In this document: in pieces, positions 1 through 9,795 of the stretch
Layout of the letters: every line of letters starts with the position of its first letter
Position numbering within the stretch: position 1 is the stretch's first letter
DNA from: Gemmatimonas phototrophica
Lineage (GTDB): Bacteria > Latescibacterota > UBA2968 > UBA8231
NCBI GenBank assembly: GCA_945861755.1
Contig: CAMAVQ010000003.1
Coordinates: forward strand, 5,689-69,688
DNA length: 64,000 bases
Direction: 5' to 3'
The notes under the pieces: generated by a model
The model's database searches: none
The model's input: only the letters and a program-made list of their open reading frames with translations
Told to the model about the DNA's origin: nothing
Made by a program: the position numbers and the translations under genes

Positions 1-1
1 C

Positions 2-1087
2 TCATTTGCTCTCCTCCACCACGATGTCGTCCTCTTCCTCTTCCTCCACCTCCACCTCGGCTTCGGGCTCCTCTTCTTCCTCTTCTTCCTCTTCGTCGCC
101 GCCACCCTTGCGGCCCTTGAAGAAGGTGAAGAGGTAGTAACCCAGACCTAGCACCCCAAGTCCGCCTACTGCGCTCAGGAACCAGGTGGCGGTGTAGAAG
201 GGCGGCTCTTCGACCCCTGGGGTCTCCTCTTCGTGGTGCTCCTCCTCGGCGTGTTCCGGCTCGACGTGCTCCTCCTCGCGGTGCTCCGGCTCGGCGTGTA
301 CCTCTGGCTCGGGGTGGTGCTCCTCCACGGCCGGCGCTGCCTGAACCACCACGGTGGTCTCCGGGGGGATCTCGGCCCGCAGCTTGCGGATCTCCTCCTG
401 GATGACTTGGCGCAGGTGGTCGAGTTGTTCGCTGCTGAGAGAGTCGGGTTTTTCGCCTCTCGTTTTCCCGACCGTGGGCGACACCAGCGCACTGACTTGC
501 TCCCGGATCTGGCTCATCTCCCGCCTGAGGCCGTTGATGTCGCCGCTGATGCCCTTCAGTTGGGCCCGGAACCGCTCATCCACCTTCTCCAGCCGCGCCA
601 CCATGTTTTCGAGGGTATGGATGGTCCCCTGGATGCTTTTGACATCGCGGGTAAGGCCGGAGACGTCGGATTTGAGTTGCTGCCGCTCCTCAGCCTCCTC
701 CTTCTTTGCTACCTCGGTGTGTGTCTGTTGCTCCATCACCTGGCTGGGGGACCCCGTGGCCACGAAGCGGATCACGTCGCCGGCGCGCACTGCCATCAGC
801 GGCAGCCCCTTGAGGCGGACCACCCCCGAACCAACGCTCACCTTGGCCACCTGACCGGCGGCCAGGCGGATTTCTGGGGAGCCCAGGTTTTCGCCGGTGA
901 TCGGGTGGATGACCGCTTCGCCCGGGGGCCGCACCACCATCACCTCCATGCCCACCACCAGGCCCTGGTCGGCGCCCTTGTCGACGCTGAGCGAGAGACC
1001 TCGCACCTTGGTGACCATGGCCTCGCTCGCGCCAGCCGCCTGGGCCAGCGCGCAGAGGAGCAGGGCTGTCCAGCAGTATCTGTTCAT
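2..1087 (-). CDS. Exported, C-terminally anchored coiled-coil protein with His/Glu/Pro-rich repeats and poly-Glu tail (function unknown)
   Basis: 361-aa ORF with ATG at 1085-1087. Signal peptide MNRYCWTALLLCALAQAAGA, charged heptad-like central region, repeats EPEVHAEPEHREEEHVEPEHAEEEH, and one TM helix (WFLSAVGGLGVLGLGYYLFTFF) followed by an acidic EEEEEEEEE tail. No enzymatic motif seen. Confidence 0.7.
   Translation of the reverse strand: MNRYCWTALLLCALAQAAGASEAMVTKVRGLSLSVDKGADQGLVVGMEVMVVRPPGEAVIHPITGENLGSPEIRLAAGQVAKVSVGSGVVRLKGLPLMAVRAGDVIRFVATGSPSQVMEQQTHTEVAKKEEAEERQQLKSDVSGLTRDVKSIQGTIHTLENMVARLEKVDERFRAQLKGISGDINGLRREMSQIREQVSALVSPTVGKTRGEKPDSLSSEQLDHLRQVIQEEIRKLRAEIPPETTVVVQAAPAVEEHHPEPEVHAEPEHREEEHVEPEHAEEEHHEEETPGVEEPPFYTATWFLSAVGGLGVLGLGYYLFTFFKGRKGGGDEEEEEEEEEPEAEVEVEEEEEDDIVVEESK
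235..294 (-). repeat. Two tandem 30-nt units (26/30 identical) encoding the EPEH-type His/Glu/Pro repeat
   Basis: Hand alignment of 235-264 (gtgctcctcctcggcgtgttccggctcgac) against 265-294 (gtgctcctcctcgcggtgctccggctcggc). A degenerate third unit follows. Confidence 0.7.
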
Positions 1088-1112
1088 GGTTTTCCCTCGT
1101 TAAAACCGCTCT

Positions 1113-2675
1113 TCAGCAGGCGGCGCGCATCAGGGTATCGCGCTGCCAGTGTTCGTCGTCGCGCTGCGGGTAGTCGCTGTTGAAATGCCCCCCGCGGCTC
1201 TCCTGCCGCATCCGGGCTCCGTGGGCCATCAACTGGGCGACGGTGGCCAGATTGCGCAGTTCGACCAGCCCTGGTTCCAGGGCATGTCGGTGGTAGAGCG
1301 CTTCACTTTGCTCGGCCAGGCCGTCGAGGGTCTGACAGGCCCGCTCCAGGCCGGCGGCGGTGCGCAGGATGCCCACTTCCTCCCACATGCAGCGGCGCAG
1401 TTGTTGCCTGAGCGCGGCGAGCTGCCCCAGGTCTGGCTGCGGGCCCTGGCCTGGCCCCTGCCCACCGGGCAGGTCGGCAGGTGGGGCCGGCGACGCCTGC
1501 TCCTGGGCATGGTTCCAGGCCCGGCGGGCAAAAACCAGGGCCTCCAGGAGCGAGTTGCTGGCCAGGCGGTTGGCCCCGTGCAGGCCGGTCAGCGCCACCT
1601 CGCCGGCGGCGTAGAGACCGGGGATTTCGGTCTGTGCCCAGGTATCGGTCCTGACCCCGCCCATCAGGTAGTGGGCCGCCGGCATCACCGGGATCAGGTC
1701 AGCGGTGATATCGATGCCCCGCTGGGCGCAGTGTTGGCTGATGCCGGGGAAACGCCGCCTGGTCTCGGCCGGGTCCACGCCCCTCACATCGAGAAAGACA
1801 CATTCGTCGCCATTCTGTTTCAGCTCGCCGACAATGGCCCGGGCCACGATGTCGCGGGTGGCCAGCGAGCCGCTGGGGTGATAACGTTCGGCGAAGGGGC
1901 GGCCCTGCCGGTCCACCAGCACCCCGCCATGACCGCGCAGCGCCTCGCTGATGAGGAAAGAGGGGCCGCCCGGCTGGAAAAACATGGTCGGGTGGAACTG
2001 CATAAATTCCAGGTTGCCCACCGCGGTCCCGGCCCGGTAGGCCATGGCCAGCCCGTCGCCGCAGGCCACCGCTGGATTGGTGGTGTGCAGGTACGCCTGG
2101 CCCGCGCCACCGGTGGCCAGCAGGGTAAAGGGGGCGGCGAAACGCCGGACCTGGCCACTGTCCAGTTCCAGCACCTGGGCACCCCAGCAGCGCCCTTCGA
2201 CCAAGAGTTCCAGCGCCAGATGGCGCTCATATATTTTTAGCTTGCCGCGGGCCACCGCCTCCAGCAGCGCCCGGACGATCTCCCTGCCGGTGGCGTCGGC
2301 GGCGCGGACCACCCGCGCCTGGGAGTGGCCGCCCTCGCGTCCCAGGGACAGTTCACCAGAGGTTTCGCGGGAAAAGTGCGCCCCCAGTTGCATCAACTCG
2401 CCTACGACCTCGGGTCCCTCGCGCACCACCAACTCTACCACCGCCGGGTCGCACAGGCCGGCGCCGGCCTCAAGGGTGTCGCGCACGTGCAGGGCGAAGG
2501 AATCCCGGCCCTGGTCCATCACCGCGGCGATGCCGCCCTGGGCATAGGCGGTGTTCGACTCCAGGGCGGTGGCTTTGGTCACCAGGGCCACCGAATGGTG
2601 CTCGGCTGCCTTGAGGGCAAAAAAGAGACCAGCCAGGCCACTGCCGACGATCAGATAATCGGTCTGTATGTCCAT
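1113..2675 (-). CDS. nadB: L-aspartate oxidase
   Basis: FAD dinucleotide fold DYLIVGSGLAGL at the N-terminus, with a succinate dehydrogenase/fumarate reductase flavoprotein-like body along the whole length. ATG at 2673-2675 (MDIQTDY) is preferred over the in-frame upstream start at 2696. Confidence 0.9.
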   Translation of the reverse strand: MDIQTDYLIVGSGLAGLFFALKAAEHHSVALVTKATALESNTAYAQGGIAAVMDQGRDSFALHVRDTLEAGAGLCDPAVVELVVREGPEVVGELMQLGAHFSRETSGELSLGREGGHSQARVVRAADATGREIVRALLEAVARGKLKIYERHLALELLVEGRCWGAQVLELDSGQVRRFAAPFTLLATGGAGQAYLHTTNPAVACGDGLAMAYRAGTAVGNLEFMQFHPTMFFQPGGPSFLISEALRGHGGVLVDRQGRPFAERYHPSGSLATRDIVARAIVGELKQNGDECVFLDVRGVDPAETRRRFPGISQHCAQRGIDITADLIPVMPAAHYLMGGVRTDTWAQTEIPGLYAAGEVALTGLHGANRLASNSLLEALVFARRAWNHAQEQASPAPPADLPGGQGPGQGPQPDLGQLAALRQQLRRCMWEEVGILRTAAGLERACQTLDGLAEQSEALYHRHALEPGLVELRNLATVAQLMAHGARMRQESRGGHFNSDYPQRDDEHWQRDTLMRAAC

Positions 2676-2756
2676 ACTCTTTAAGAAAATATACAAGCGA
2701 CGCCCAGCTGGCGCTCGGCGAGGGAAACTTTTTCCATACTTAGAAGTGATATGTCT

Positions 2757-5504
2757 TCAGCGCAGCACCAGCATCTTCCGGGCCACCCGCACCGGATTGA
2801 CCACCAGCTGGCAGCAGTATACCCCGCTGGCCACCGGCTGCCCCGCTTCGTCGCGCCCGTCCCAGATCACCGAATAGAGCCCGGGGGCGGCGGGCTGGCG
2901 CACCAGCTGGCGCACCAGCCCGCCGGCGAGGGAGCGCACCTCCACCACGATTTCGCTTTCTAGGGCGAGGGCGGCCTTGTTGATGCCCACGGTGTACCCG
3001 ATGACCGTGGCGTCGTCGAAGGGGTTGGGGTAGTTGGGGTTGAGGGAGAAGGTCACCGGGATACGCGGGTCGAAATTGAGGAAGGGGTGCCACTGGGCCC
3101 GGCCTTTGATATGGGCTTGGATCCAGGCTTCGTCGTCGCGGCCCCACCAGTTGTTGCGGGCCACGACCTCGATACCGGTCTGGTTGTCGAGCAGCTGGCT
3201 GGCGTTCTCCACGGCGTTGAGTTCCAGCCGGGCGGGCACCCGCACTCCGGTCAGCAGCAGGGCCAGGTCGTTGTCGACGAATTCGTTGCGCACCAGGTGT
3301 GGCCGGCCGCTGTCGCTGAGCAGGCCGAGGCGGAGACCGGCCAGGCGATTCTGCTCGATAAATACGTCTTCGCACTGCTCGCAGCGGATGCCGGTCCCCC
3401 CGCTCAGGCGATTGGCGGCCCTAGTGCCGAAGTGATTGTCGGCCACGGAGCCGAACACCCCTTCGCCCAGCACCAGATTGGCGCCGGCCCCCTGAGCCAG
3501 GCCATTGTCAGTGAAGGTGCTGCCGCGGCACTCGAGGTAACCGCCGCGGCGCTCCAGGCCCAGGGTGCCGTTGCCCTGCAGGTGGGCCTGGCGCACCCGC
3601 ACCGGGGCCGGGCCAGTGATACGAATGCCCTGCTGGCCGGCCTGGTCCACCTCCACCCCCAGCAGCGAGACGGGTTCCTGCACCTCTTCCAGGCAGATGC
3701 CGCATTGGCCGGCCTGGAGGATGCGGGTATCCTCAATGGACAGGGGATTGAGCAGGCCTTTGCCCGATACCCCCTGCTGGGGGTACTCGAGGGTGGCCTG
3801 GCGCAGAAAGAGTTGGCCGGCCGGCTGCAGGGTGATGCCGTACCAGTCACCCGGGGCTGGGGTGGCGGCCGCCGAACTGAGCCGGGCCTGGCTGCCGACA
3901 ATCAATTGCCCCTCCACCACCAGTTCGCAGCGCAGTGGGTCGACGCCGGCCTGCCGCTGGTCTTTGCCAAAGCGGACCAGGGTCCCCGGGGCGATCTCGA
4001 GCCGGACCCCGACAGGCACCACCACGTCGCCCACTACCTCCACGGTGTCCTGCCAGCGGGCGTCTGCCTCGACGGTGCCGGCCCGCCGGGGGTCGCGCAG
4101 GTGCAGGTCGACCAGCAGGGTCTCCCCCTGGCGGCGGAGGTGGTCCACGCTGACCCCTGGTGGCGCGGTAGGATTGGAGACCACCGAATACTCGGTGAAA
4201 TTCAAGCCGTCGAAGACATCGGTGGCATCGCCCAGGTTGCCCAGATGGCCGGCGCGGTACTCCTCGTCGTGGGCCCAGAAGTCCAGATTGTCGGCGCCCA
4301 ATTCCGGGGCGGGCCTGGTGCCGGCGGGGAAACCGGCGTCCAGGTAGCGCCCGTCGGCACAGACCAGGTCCACTTGTTTGCGGGTTTCGTCGTTGTTGCC
4401 TCCCAACGCCTCGCGCACCTGCCAGATCAGCAGGCCGTCGGCGGGCAGGTTGCGCTCGTAGTAGCTGTGGGCCGGGCTGCGGTGTTCGATCAACAGGTAG
4501 GTGCCGGAAGTGGACCCCGGCAGTTGGTAGACCTTGCCGCCGGTCCGCACATCGGCCAAGGCCGCGTCGCGCCGGTCCTCGCGCACTACCACCAAGTCGG
4601 CGTTGTCAACGCCGATCCAGCCCAGCTGCCCCAGGCTCCAGGCGCAAAAGGGATTGGGGCCGCCCTGGTCGTTCCAGCCCAGGGCCCCGTGGCCCATCAG
4701 GCACCAGTAGCCCACCCCGGCCGAATCTTTTTCGGGGTCGGGGAATCCGCTCTGCTGGCTGTAATCGAGGTCGTAGAGGTCGGGCAGGCCCAGGGCATGG
4801 CCAAATTCGTGGGCCATGCTGCCCACCGCCACCTCAAAGGTGTGGGCCCGCTGCAGGGTGCCCCCCTGGCCGCGGGGGTGGTAGTCGCTGCGGATGCGGA
4901 CAAAGCCGCCGGTGGGCCGGCGGTCCTTGGAGACATAGTCCTCGCCCAAGCCCAGCTTGGCCACCCCGGTGGCGTCGGCGACGATGAAGTTCCGGGGGAT
5001 GGTGAGGGTGTTGAGAAAAAAGAAATCCACGTACCCGTCGTCATCCCCCGAGTTGGGCCGCCCATCGGGGCCCTCGTTGTCGTAGCGCCCCAGGTCGGTG
5101 TCGGCGTCCACCGCCGCCAGGACTTCGCGGGCGAAGAGGCCGAAGTCCCCGCTCAGGCCGGTGCTGTCCACGTAGGCCGAGGCCGGCCGGAGCGAACCGT
5201 ACCAATGCGGGGCCATTTCCCCGTCGAGGCGGAACTGGCCCTGCGACATCTCCAGATAGAAATGGGTCAGGCTGCCGGGATGCTGGGGGTCGAAGAGGGC
5301 GTCGGTGAATTCGGGAAGGGTGTGATCGCTTTGGTCTTCATCCTGAAAGTGGGCGAAGACGGTCAGGGCGCGGAGGTGGCCCTTGGAGGAGAGGTGTCCT
5401 TGGGCGGGTTTGCCCACCTGCCCGCTGCAGACCAGGGCCCAGCCGCACTGGGTGCGGGCCAAGAGCAGGAAGAGGGCGATGCAGAGGGCGCCGCCGGGCT
5501 TCAT
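2757..5504 (-). CDS. Secreted M6 (InhA-like) zinc metalloprotease with beta-helix repeats and FlgD-Ig/Por-type C-terminal sorting domain
   Basis: 915 aa with a signal peptide and zinc motif HEFGHALGLPDLYD. The N-terminal half is clearly paralogous to 16638..19943 (shared NSGDDDGYVD and TxPRNF segments). Central right-handed beta-helix-like repeats. C-terminus YPNPF...WDGRDEAGQPVASGVY. The start overlaps the upstream stop (ATGA at 5501-5504). Confidence 0.85.
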   Translation of the reverse strand: MKPGGALCIALFLLLARTQCGWALVCSGQVGKPAQGHLSSKGHLRALTVFAHFQDEDQSDHTLPEFTDALFDPQHPGSLTHFYLEMSQGQFRLDGEMAPHWYGSLRPASAYVDSTGLSGDFGLFAREVLAAVDADTDLGRYDNEGPDGRPNSGDDDGYVDFFFLNTLTIPRNFIVADATGVAKLGLGEDYVSKDRRPTGGFVRIRSDYHPRGQGGTLQRAHTFEVAVGSMAHEFGHALGLPDLYDLDYSQQSGFPDPEKDSAGVGYWCLMGHGALGWNDQGGPNPFCAWSLGQLGWIGVDNADLVVVREDRRDAALADVRTGGKVYQLPGSTSGTYLLIEHRSPAHSYYERNLPADGLLIWQVREALGGNNDETRKQVDLVCADGRYLDAGFPAGTRPAPELGADNLDFWAHDEEYRAGHLGNLGDATDVFDGLNFTEYSVVSNPTAPPGVSVDHLRRQGETLLVDLHLRDPRRAGTVEADARWQDTVEVVGDVVVPVGVRLEIAPGTLVRFGKDQRQAGVDPLRCELVVEGQLIVGSQARLSSAAATPAPGDWYGITLQPAGQLFLRQATLEYPQQGVSGKGLLNPLSIEDTRILQAGQCGICLEEVQEPVSLLGVEVDQAGQQGIRITGPAPVRVRQAHLQGNGTLGLERRGGYLECRGSTFTDNGLAQGAGANLVLGEGVFGSVADNHFGTRAANRLSGGTGIRCEQCEDVFIEQNRLAGLRLGLLSDSGRPHLVRNEFVDNDLALLLTGVRVPARLELNAVENASQLLDNQTGIEVVARNNWWGRDDEAWIQAHIKGRAQWHPFLNFDPRIPVTFSLNPNYPNPFDDATVIGYTVGINKAALALESEIVVEVRSLAGGLVRQLVRQPAAPGLYSVIWDGRDEAGQPVASGVYCCQLVVNPVRVARKMLVLR

Positions 5505-7078
5505 GCATCCTGCGAAGTGGGGGGGGCGGCGGCCATACGCGCCTTGATTTCGTCGAGTTTGAGATAGAGTTCTTCCCGGATGAACAACTCGAAGACGTCC
5601 CGATCCAGGTACCCGCGCTCCACCTCCTCTTTGAGGATGCGCAGCACCACTTCCCTGGGCATGGGTTTGGCCCGGTAGGGGCGGTCGTCGGCGCTGAGCG
5701 ATTCAAAGATGTCCACCAGCGCCAGGATACGCGCCTGCAGGCTGATCTGGTCGGCCTTCAGGCCCAAGGGGTAACCGCTGCCATCGAGTTTTTCGTGGTG
5801 GGCCCCGGCGATGGGGGGTACCTGGTTGAGCTTGCGGGTGAAGGGGATCTGGGCCAGCATTTTGATGCTCATCGAGGCGTGGTCGTTGATCTTCTGGCGC
5901 TCTTCCTGGGTCAGGCTGCCTTTGCGGATGCACAGGTTCTTCAGCTCGTTTTCGCTCAGGTAGGGGCGTTGCTGGCCGCCTTCCACATAGGTCTGGCCGG
6001 CAATTTGGTTTAATCTAACCAGATCTGCATCCTGCATGAACTCGCCCGGAGTGTTGGCCCGCTCCAGAAAGGCCAGGTCCTCAGCGAGGGCCTGCAGGCG
6101 GCGTTCGTATTCTTCGGCGAAATCGGCGGGCAGGGGTTGGCCGGTGACCTGCTTTTCGAGGCGTTCCAGTTGGATGGATTTCTCGATCAGCGCGAAACGG
6201 GTGCGCACCAGTTCGATGCGGTCGAAGAGGGTGTGTAACTTGGTGGGTTTGTCCACCACCCATTCGGGGGTGGTGATCTTGCCGATGTCGTGCATCCAGG
6301 CGGCGATGCGCAGCTCGTTGAGTTGGTCCTCGTCAAATTGCCGCGGCCCCAGAGGACCCTCCTGGCAGGTGTTGATGCTGTGGGCCACGGCCATGGCCAT
6401 CTCGGCCACCCGGCGGATATGGCCCCCGGTGTAGGGCGAACGCTCGTCGATGGCGGTGGCCATCACCTGGACAAAGGAGTCGAAGAGGGCTTCGGTCTCG
6501 GCGATCAGGCGGACATTGTTGATGGCCACCGCCGCCTGCGAGGCCAGCGACTGGATGAGGGATTGGTCCTGGGCCGAGAAAGGCACCACTTCCCCGGTGA
6601 GCGGGTGGAGGGGGTTGATCAGCTGGACCACCCCGATGATCTGGTCCTCGTGGTCCTTCATCGGCACCCCGAGGATGGAACGGGTGCGGTATCCGGTCAT
6701 GCGGTCGTAATTCTTGGGGCCCTCGAAGCGGTAGACGGGTTCGCTGTACACGTCCTCGATGTTGAGGGCCTGTCCGGTGACCGCCACGTATCCCGAGACG
6801 CTCTCCTTGTTGAGCGGCACCGGGGGCATATCCATCTTGCCGTGGGTGCCGCCGGCAAAACTCTTGAGGGTGTCGTTCTGGGCGATTTCGAAGGTGAGGT
6901 GGTCGCCTTTGAGCAGGAAGAGGGTGCCGGCGTCGGCGCGGGTGAATCTGCGGGCCTCTAGCAGGATGCGTTCGAGCAGCACGGTGAGGTTGTGCTCCAC
7001 CGAGAGGGCCACGCCGATTTCGTTGAGCCGGCGAAGGCGGTCCTCCAAGTCGAAGGCGGATTGGCTCTGATCAACCAT
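5501..7078 (-). CDS. GAF domain / HD-GYP domain protein (putative c-di-GMP phosphodiesterase)
   Basis: 525 aa. N-terminal GAF-like region (ADAGTLFLL...GVPMKDHEDQIIGVVQLIN), an HD motif (WMHDIGKITTP) and a GYP motif (HHEKLDGSGYP). Confidence 0.85.
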   Translation of the reverse strand: MVDQSQSAFDLEDRLRRLNEIGVALSVEHNLTVLLERILLEARRFTRADAGTLFLLKGDHLTFEIAQNDTLKSFAGGTHGKMDMPPVPLNKESVSGYVAVTGQALNIEDVYSEPVYRFEGPKNYDRMTGYRTRSILGVPMKDHEDQIIGVVQLINPLHPLTGEVVPFSAQDQSLIQSLASQAAVAINNVRLIAETEALFDSFVQVMATAIDERSPYTGGHIRRVAEMAMAVAHSINTCQEGPLGPRQFDEDQLNELRIAAWMHDIGKITTPEWVVDKPTKLHTLFDRIELVRTRFALIEKSIQLERLEKQVTGQPLPADFAEEYERRLQALAEDLAFLERANTPGEFMQDADLVRLNQIAGQTYVEGGQQRPYLSENELKNLCIRKGSLTQEERQKINDHASMSIKMLAQIPFTRKLNQVPPIAGAHHEKLDGSGYPLGLKADQISLQARILALVDIFESLSADDRPYRAKPMPREVVLRILKEEVERGYLDRDVFELFIREELYLKLDEIKARMAAAPPTSQDA

Positions 7079-7147
7079 GGGCGATGGGCGGCAAATTCGG
7101 CGGTGGAAAATTCAGATAATTCAAGTTATCCACCGAGTTCCCGCGTG

Positions 7148-8695
7148 TCAACTTCGCGGAGACCACTCCAGGTCCAACTGCAGACCGGCATCGCGCCGGC
7201 CCTGCTGCTGGCGGTAGCGGCCGGCCAGGCGCAGGGGGCCCCAGGTGCGGGCGGCCAGCAGGTACCAGCGCCAGCCCTTGCCGTAAAGCGGCCGGATGCT
7301 CAGGGCGCCGGGCAGGTCGTACTCGTATTCGTAGAGGCGGCTGGCATAGGCGGAGGTGTGGAAGCGGCTCAGGTGGCAGGTCCATTCCAGCCGCTGCCAC
7401 TGGCCTGCGGCGCGCCAGGAAAAGAGGCGGCCCCATGCGGCGGCCTTGCCTTTCCCCTGCAGCCGGCGTCCCTCGATGCGGGCAGCCAGTTCCAGGCGGC
7501 GCTGCGGGGTCCAGCGCAGCTCCAGCCGGCCCCGCCGATCTTGGCCGGGGTTCTGCTGCCCGGAGAGTTCGAGGCGCAGAGAGGGGGGCAGTGGGGCGCT
7601 CAGGCTCCAGCCAAGTACCTGGCTGCGGGGCTGGTCGGCCTGGGCAGAGTGCCAGTTGTCGGTCCAGAGCCGACCTTGCCAGCCTCGCCAGCGGAGGTCG
7701 GCGTTGAGCAAGAGGCCGGTTTCGCCGCGCTCGCTGCGGCCCAGGGCCCCGCCGAAGAAGGTGGGGAAGTCGGGATCATAGTGCCGCCAGGTGGCGCCCA
7801 GCCGCTGTCGTCCCAGCCGCAGCATCGCTACCCCCAGCATCCCGCGCCGGCCCTGGGCGTCCACCCCGGCTTCGCCCGCAGCGCTCAGGCCCCGCCACTG
7901 GAGGCGGAAGTCGGTCCCGGACAGCCGCACGGCCTGCCCGTGGAAGGCGCGGTCGTCCTTTTTCCTCAGATCTACCCGCCGGTCGAAGCGCAAGGCCTGG
8001 AAGGTGGCACCCCACTGATAGCTGGGCCTCGCCCAGCGCAGTCGGGCCCCGCCCACCCAGAGGTTTAGCAGGTCCTGCCCGGTTTTTTCGGTGCGGGTGC
8101 GGTGCAGGCCGCTGGTGGGCAGGGAGATCACCTGGCCCTCTTTGCCCATCCGGGCATCGCGCCCGGCCCGGCCAGCCAGCACCACCACTTCCCAGGACCC
8201 GGCCCGGCCGTCCAGGGCCAGGCCGCGCAGGGCGTCGTTTTCGCCGCTGGCCCGGTACCCGGGGGTCTGGCGGTCCTGGCGCAGGGCGGGGAAAGGCGCG
8301 CCCCGCCCGCCGCTGCGGCCAAAGACCAGGCCCTGGCCAAAGCCGGGGCGCAGGTCGCCGGCGGTGAGCGAAAAGGGATGGGCACTAGAGTGCCAGTGGT
8401 AATAGCCGGCGGCAAAATCGGCCCAAAACGTTTCGCCCGGATCGCGTTCGACCAGCAAATAGACCTCCTGGTGCCGGCCCTTCCAGGCGAGGCGCTGGTA
8501 CTGCCGGGTCCGGCCCGGCGCGCCCTGGCCGCGCAGGCGCAGGGAGAAGGCACCTGGGCCTCCCTGTTCGGCCAATTCATTTTCGCGGGCCGCGGCGTTC
8601 TCTTCGCCGGCAAAGGGGTCCAAGTCCTGGGGGTGTGCCGGCACCCGCAAGAGCAGGAGGAGGCAGAGCAGGAGCATGAGGCGGGCATACTGCAA
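7148..8695 (-). CDS. Hypothetical exported protein, possibly an outer-membrane beta-barrel
   Basis: 515 aa. Hydrophobic signal (MLLLCLLLLLRVPA) and many short alternating aromatic/Arg-rich strand-like segments (LRLRW, LELRW, WRWYLL). The ORF-track start at 8695 is TTG; an ATG alternative lies at 8677. The function call is weak. Confidence 0.55.
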   Translation of the reverse strand: MQYARLMLLLCLLLLLRVPAHPQDLDPFAGEENAAARENELAEQGGPGAFSLRLRGQGAPGRTRQYQRLAWKGRHQEVYLLVERDPGETFWADFAAGYYHWHSSAHPFSLTAGDLRPGFGQGLVFGRSGGRGAPFPALRQDRQTPGYRASGENDALRGLALDGRAGSWEVVVLAGRAGRDARMGKEGQVISLPTSGLHRTRTEKTGQDLLNLWVGGARLRWARPSYQWGATFQALRFDRRVDLRKKDDRAFHGQAVRLSGTDFRLQWRGLSAAGEAGVDAQGRRGMLGVAMLRLGRQRLGATWRHYDPDFPTFFGGALGRSERGETGLLLNADLRWRGWQGRLWTDNWHSAQADQPRSQVLGWSLSAPLPPSLRLELSGQQNPGQDRRGRLELRWTPQRRLELAARIEGRRLQGKGKAAAWGRLFSWRAAGQWQRLEWTCHLSRFHTSAYASRLYEYEYDLPGALSIRPLYGKGWRWYLLAARTWGPLRLAGRYRQQQGRRDAGLQLDLEWSPRS

Positions 8696-8817
8696 GGAGC
8701 GTGCCGGCCGCCGCTCTCTGGAGGCGCGGGCCAGGGTGGCTCAGAAAGGACACAACTGGCGTGGGGAAGGTGACATGGTTAATTTCGATCCGGCTGTTTT
8801 GCGACGGAGGATACCCC

Positions 8818-9651
8818 ATGAAATTCGCCACCTGCAACGAATACTTCGAGAACTGGCCCATCGAGGAGGTCTTCGCCTATGCCGCCGAAGTGGGCTATCA
8901 GGGTGTGGAGATCGCCCCCTTCACCCTGGCCCCCTCGGTGGAGGAGATCTCCACAGCCCGCCGCCTGGAGATCCGCCGGGCCGCCGAGGCCGCCGGGGTG
9001 GAGATCGTCGGGTTACACTGGCTGCTGGTCAGCCCCACCGGGTTGTACATCAATCATCCAGACGAGGGCATCCGCAAGAAGACGCGCGATTATTTTGAGG
9101 CCCTGATCCGCTGCTGTGGGGATCTGGGAGGGCAGGTGATGATCATCGGCTCGCCCAAGCAGCGCAATGTGCAGGAGGGCTGGGATTATCAGCAGACCTG
9201 GGAGCGGACTCGGGTGGTATTCGAGTCCTGCCTGAAGACAGCACAGGAGTGCGGGGTGTACCTGTGTTTCGAACCCCTGAGCCCGGACCAGACCAACTTC
9301 ATCACCACCGTGGCCCAGGCCCGCCAGTTGGTGGCCCAGATCGGCCATCCCCACTTTCAGACCATGGTGGATGTGTGCAGCGGTTCCAGCGAAGCGGTGC
9401 CAGTGCCCCAGTTACTGCGCGACGCGGGGCCACACCTATATCACGTACACGTCAACGACGCCAACAAGCGGGGCCCCGGCTTTGGCCAGAGCGATTTTGT
9501 CGGGGTGCTGCAGACCTTGCAGGAGTTGAAATACGAGGGCTATGTCTCGGTGGAGGTTTTCGACTTCAAGCCCGATCCGCGCACCATCGCCGCTGCCAGC
9601 CTGGCGTATATGAAGGGGATTCTTGCGGGAATGAATGCGGCGGGGAGATGA
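8818..9651 (+). CDS. Sugar phosphate isomerase/epimerase (xylose isomerase-like TIM barrel)
   Basis: Starts at MKFATCNEYF (ATG 8818). Family-typical segments GYQGVEIAPF, LCFEPL and HVHVNDAN. The upstream in-frame extension from 8701 looks like junk. Confidence 0.8.
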   Translation: MKFATCNEYFENWPIEEVFAYAAEVGYQGVEIAPFTLAPSVEEISTARRLEIRRAAEAAGVEIVGLHWLLVSPTGLYINHPDEGIRKKTRDYFEALIRCCGDLGGQVMIIGSPKQRNVQEGWDYQQTWERTRVVFESCLKTAQECGVYLCFEPLSPDQTNFITTVAQARQLVAQIGHPHFQTMVDVCSGSSEAVPVPQLLRDAGPHLYHVHVNDANKRGPGFGQSDFVGVLQTLQELKYEGYVSVEVFDFKPDPRTIAAASLAYMKGILAGMNAAGR

Positions 9652-9795
9652 CCCCAGCTGGGTGGGCCGCCAGGGTTAGCGCCGCGGCAGGTGGGGGGGC
9701 CTTTACTGGGCGCAACACCATCTATATGGTGCTGCGGGGCCTGGGGGCAGAGCGGGGCGGTGGCAGGCCTGGGCATCGGGAAAGGCCGGAGGGGG

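Noticed and set aside
3087-5567. 826-aa plus-strand ORF antisense to the first M6 protease, with several smaller ORFs nested in the same region
   Set aside because: It is a typical high-GC shadow ORF: Gly/Ala/Val/Pro/Arg-rich with no motifs. The opposite strand carries a coherent signal peptide, HExxH motif and sorting-domain protein.
9712-9735. Hairpin (10-bp stem with one mismatch, 4-nt loop) in the convergent spacer between the isomerase and the Lys-rich gene, considered as a bidirectional terminator
   Set aside because: No flanking U/A tracts on either side, so I cannot support an intrinsic terminator call.
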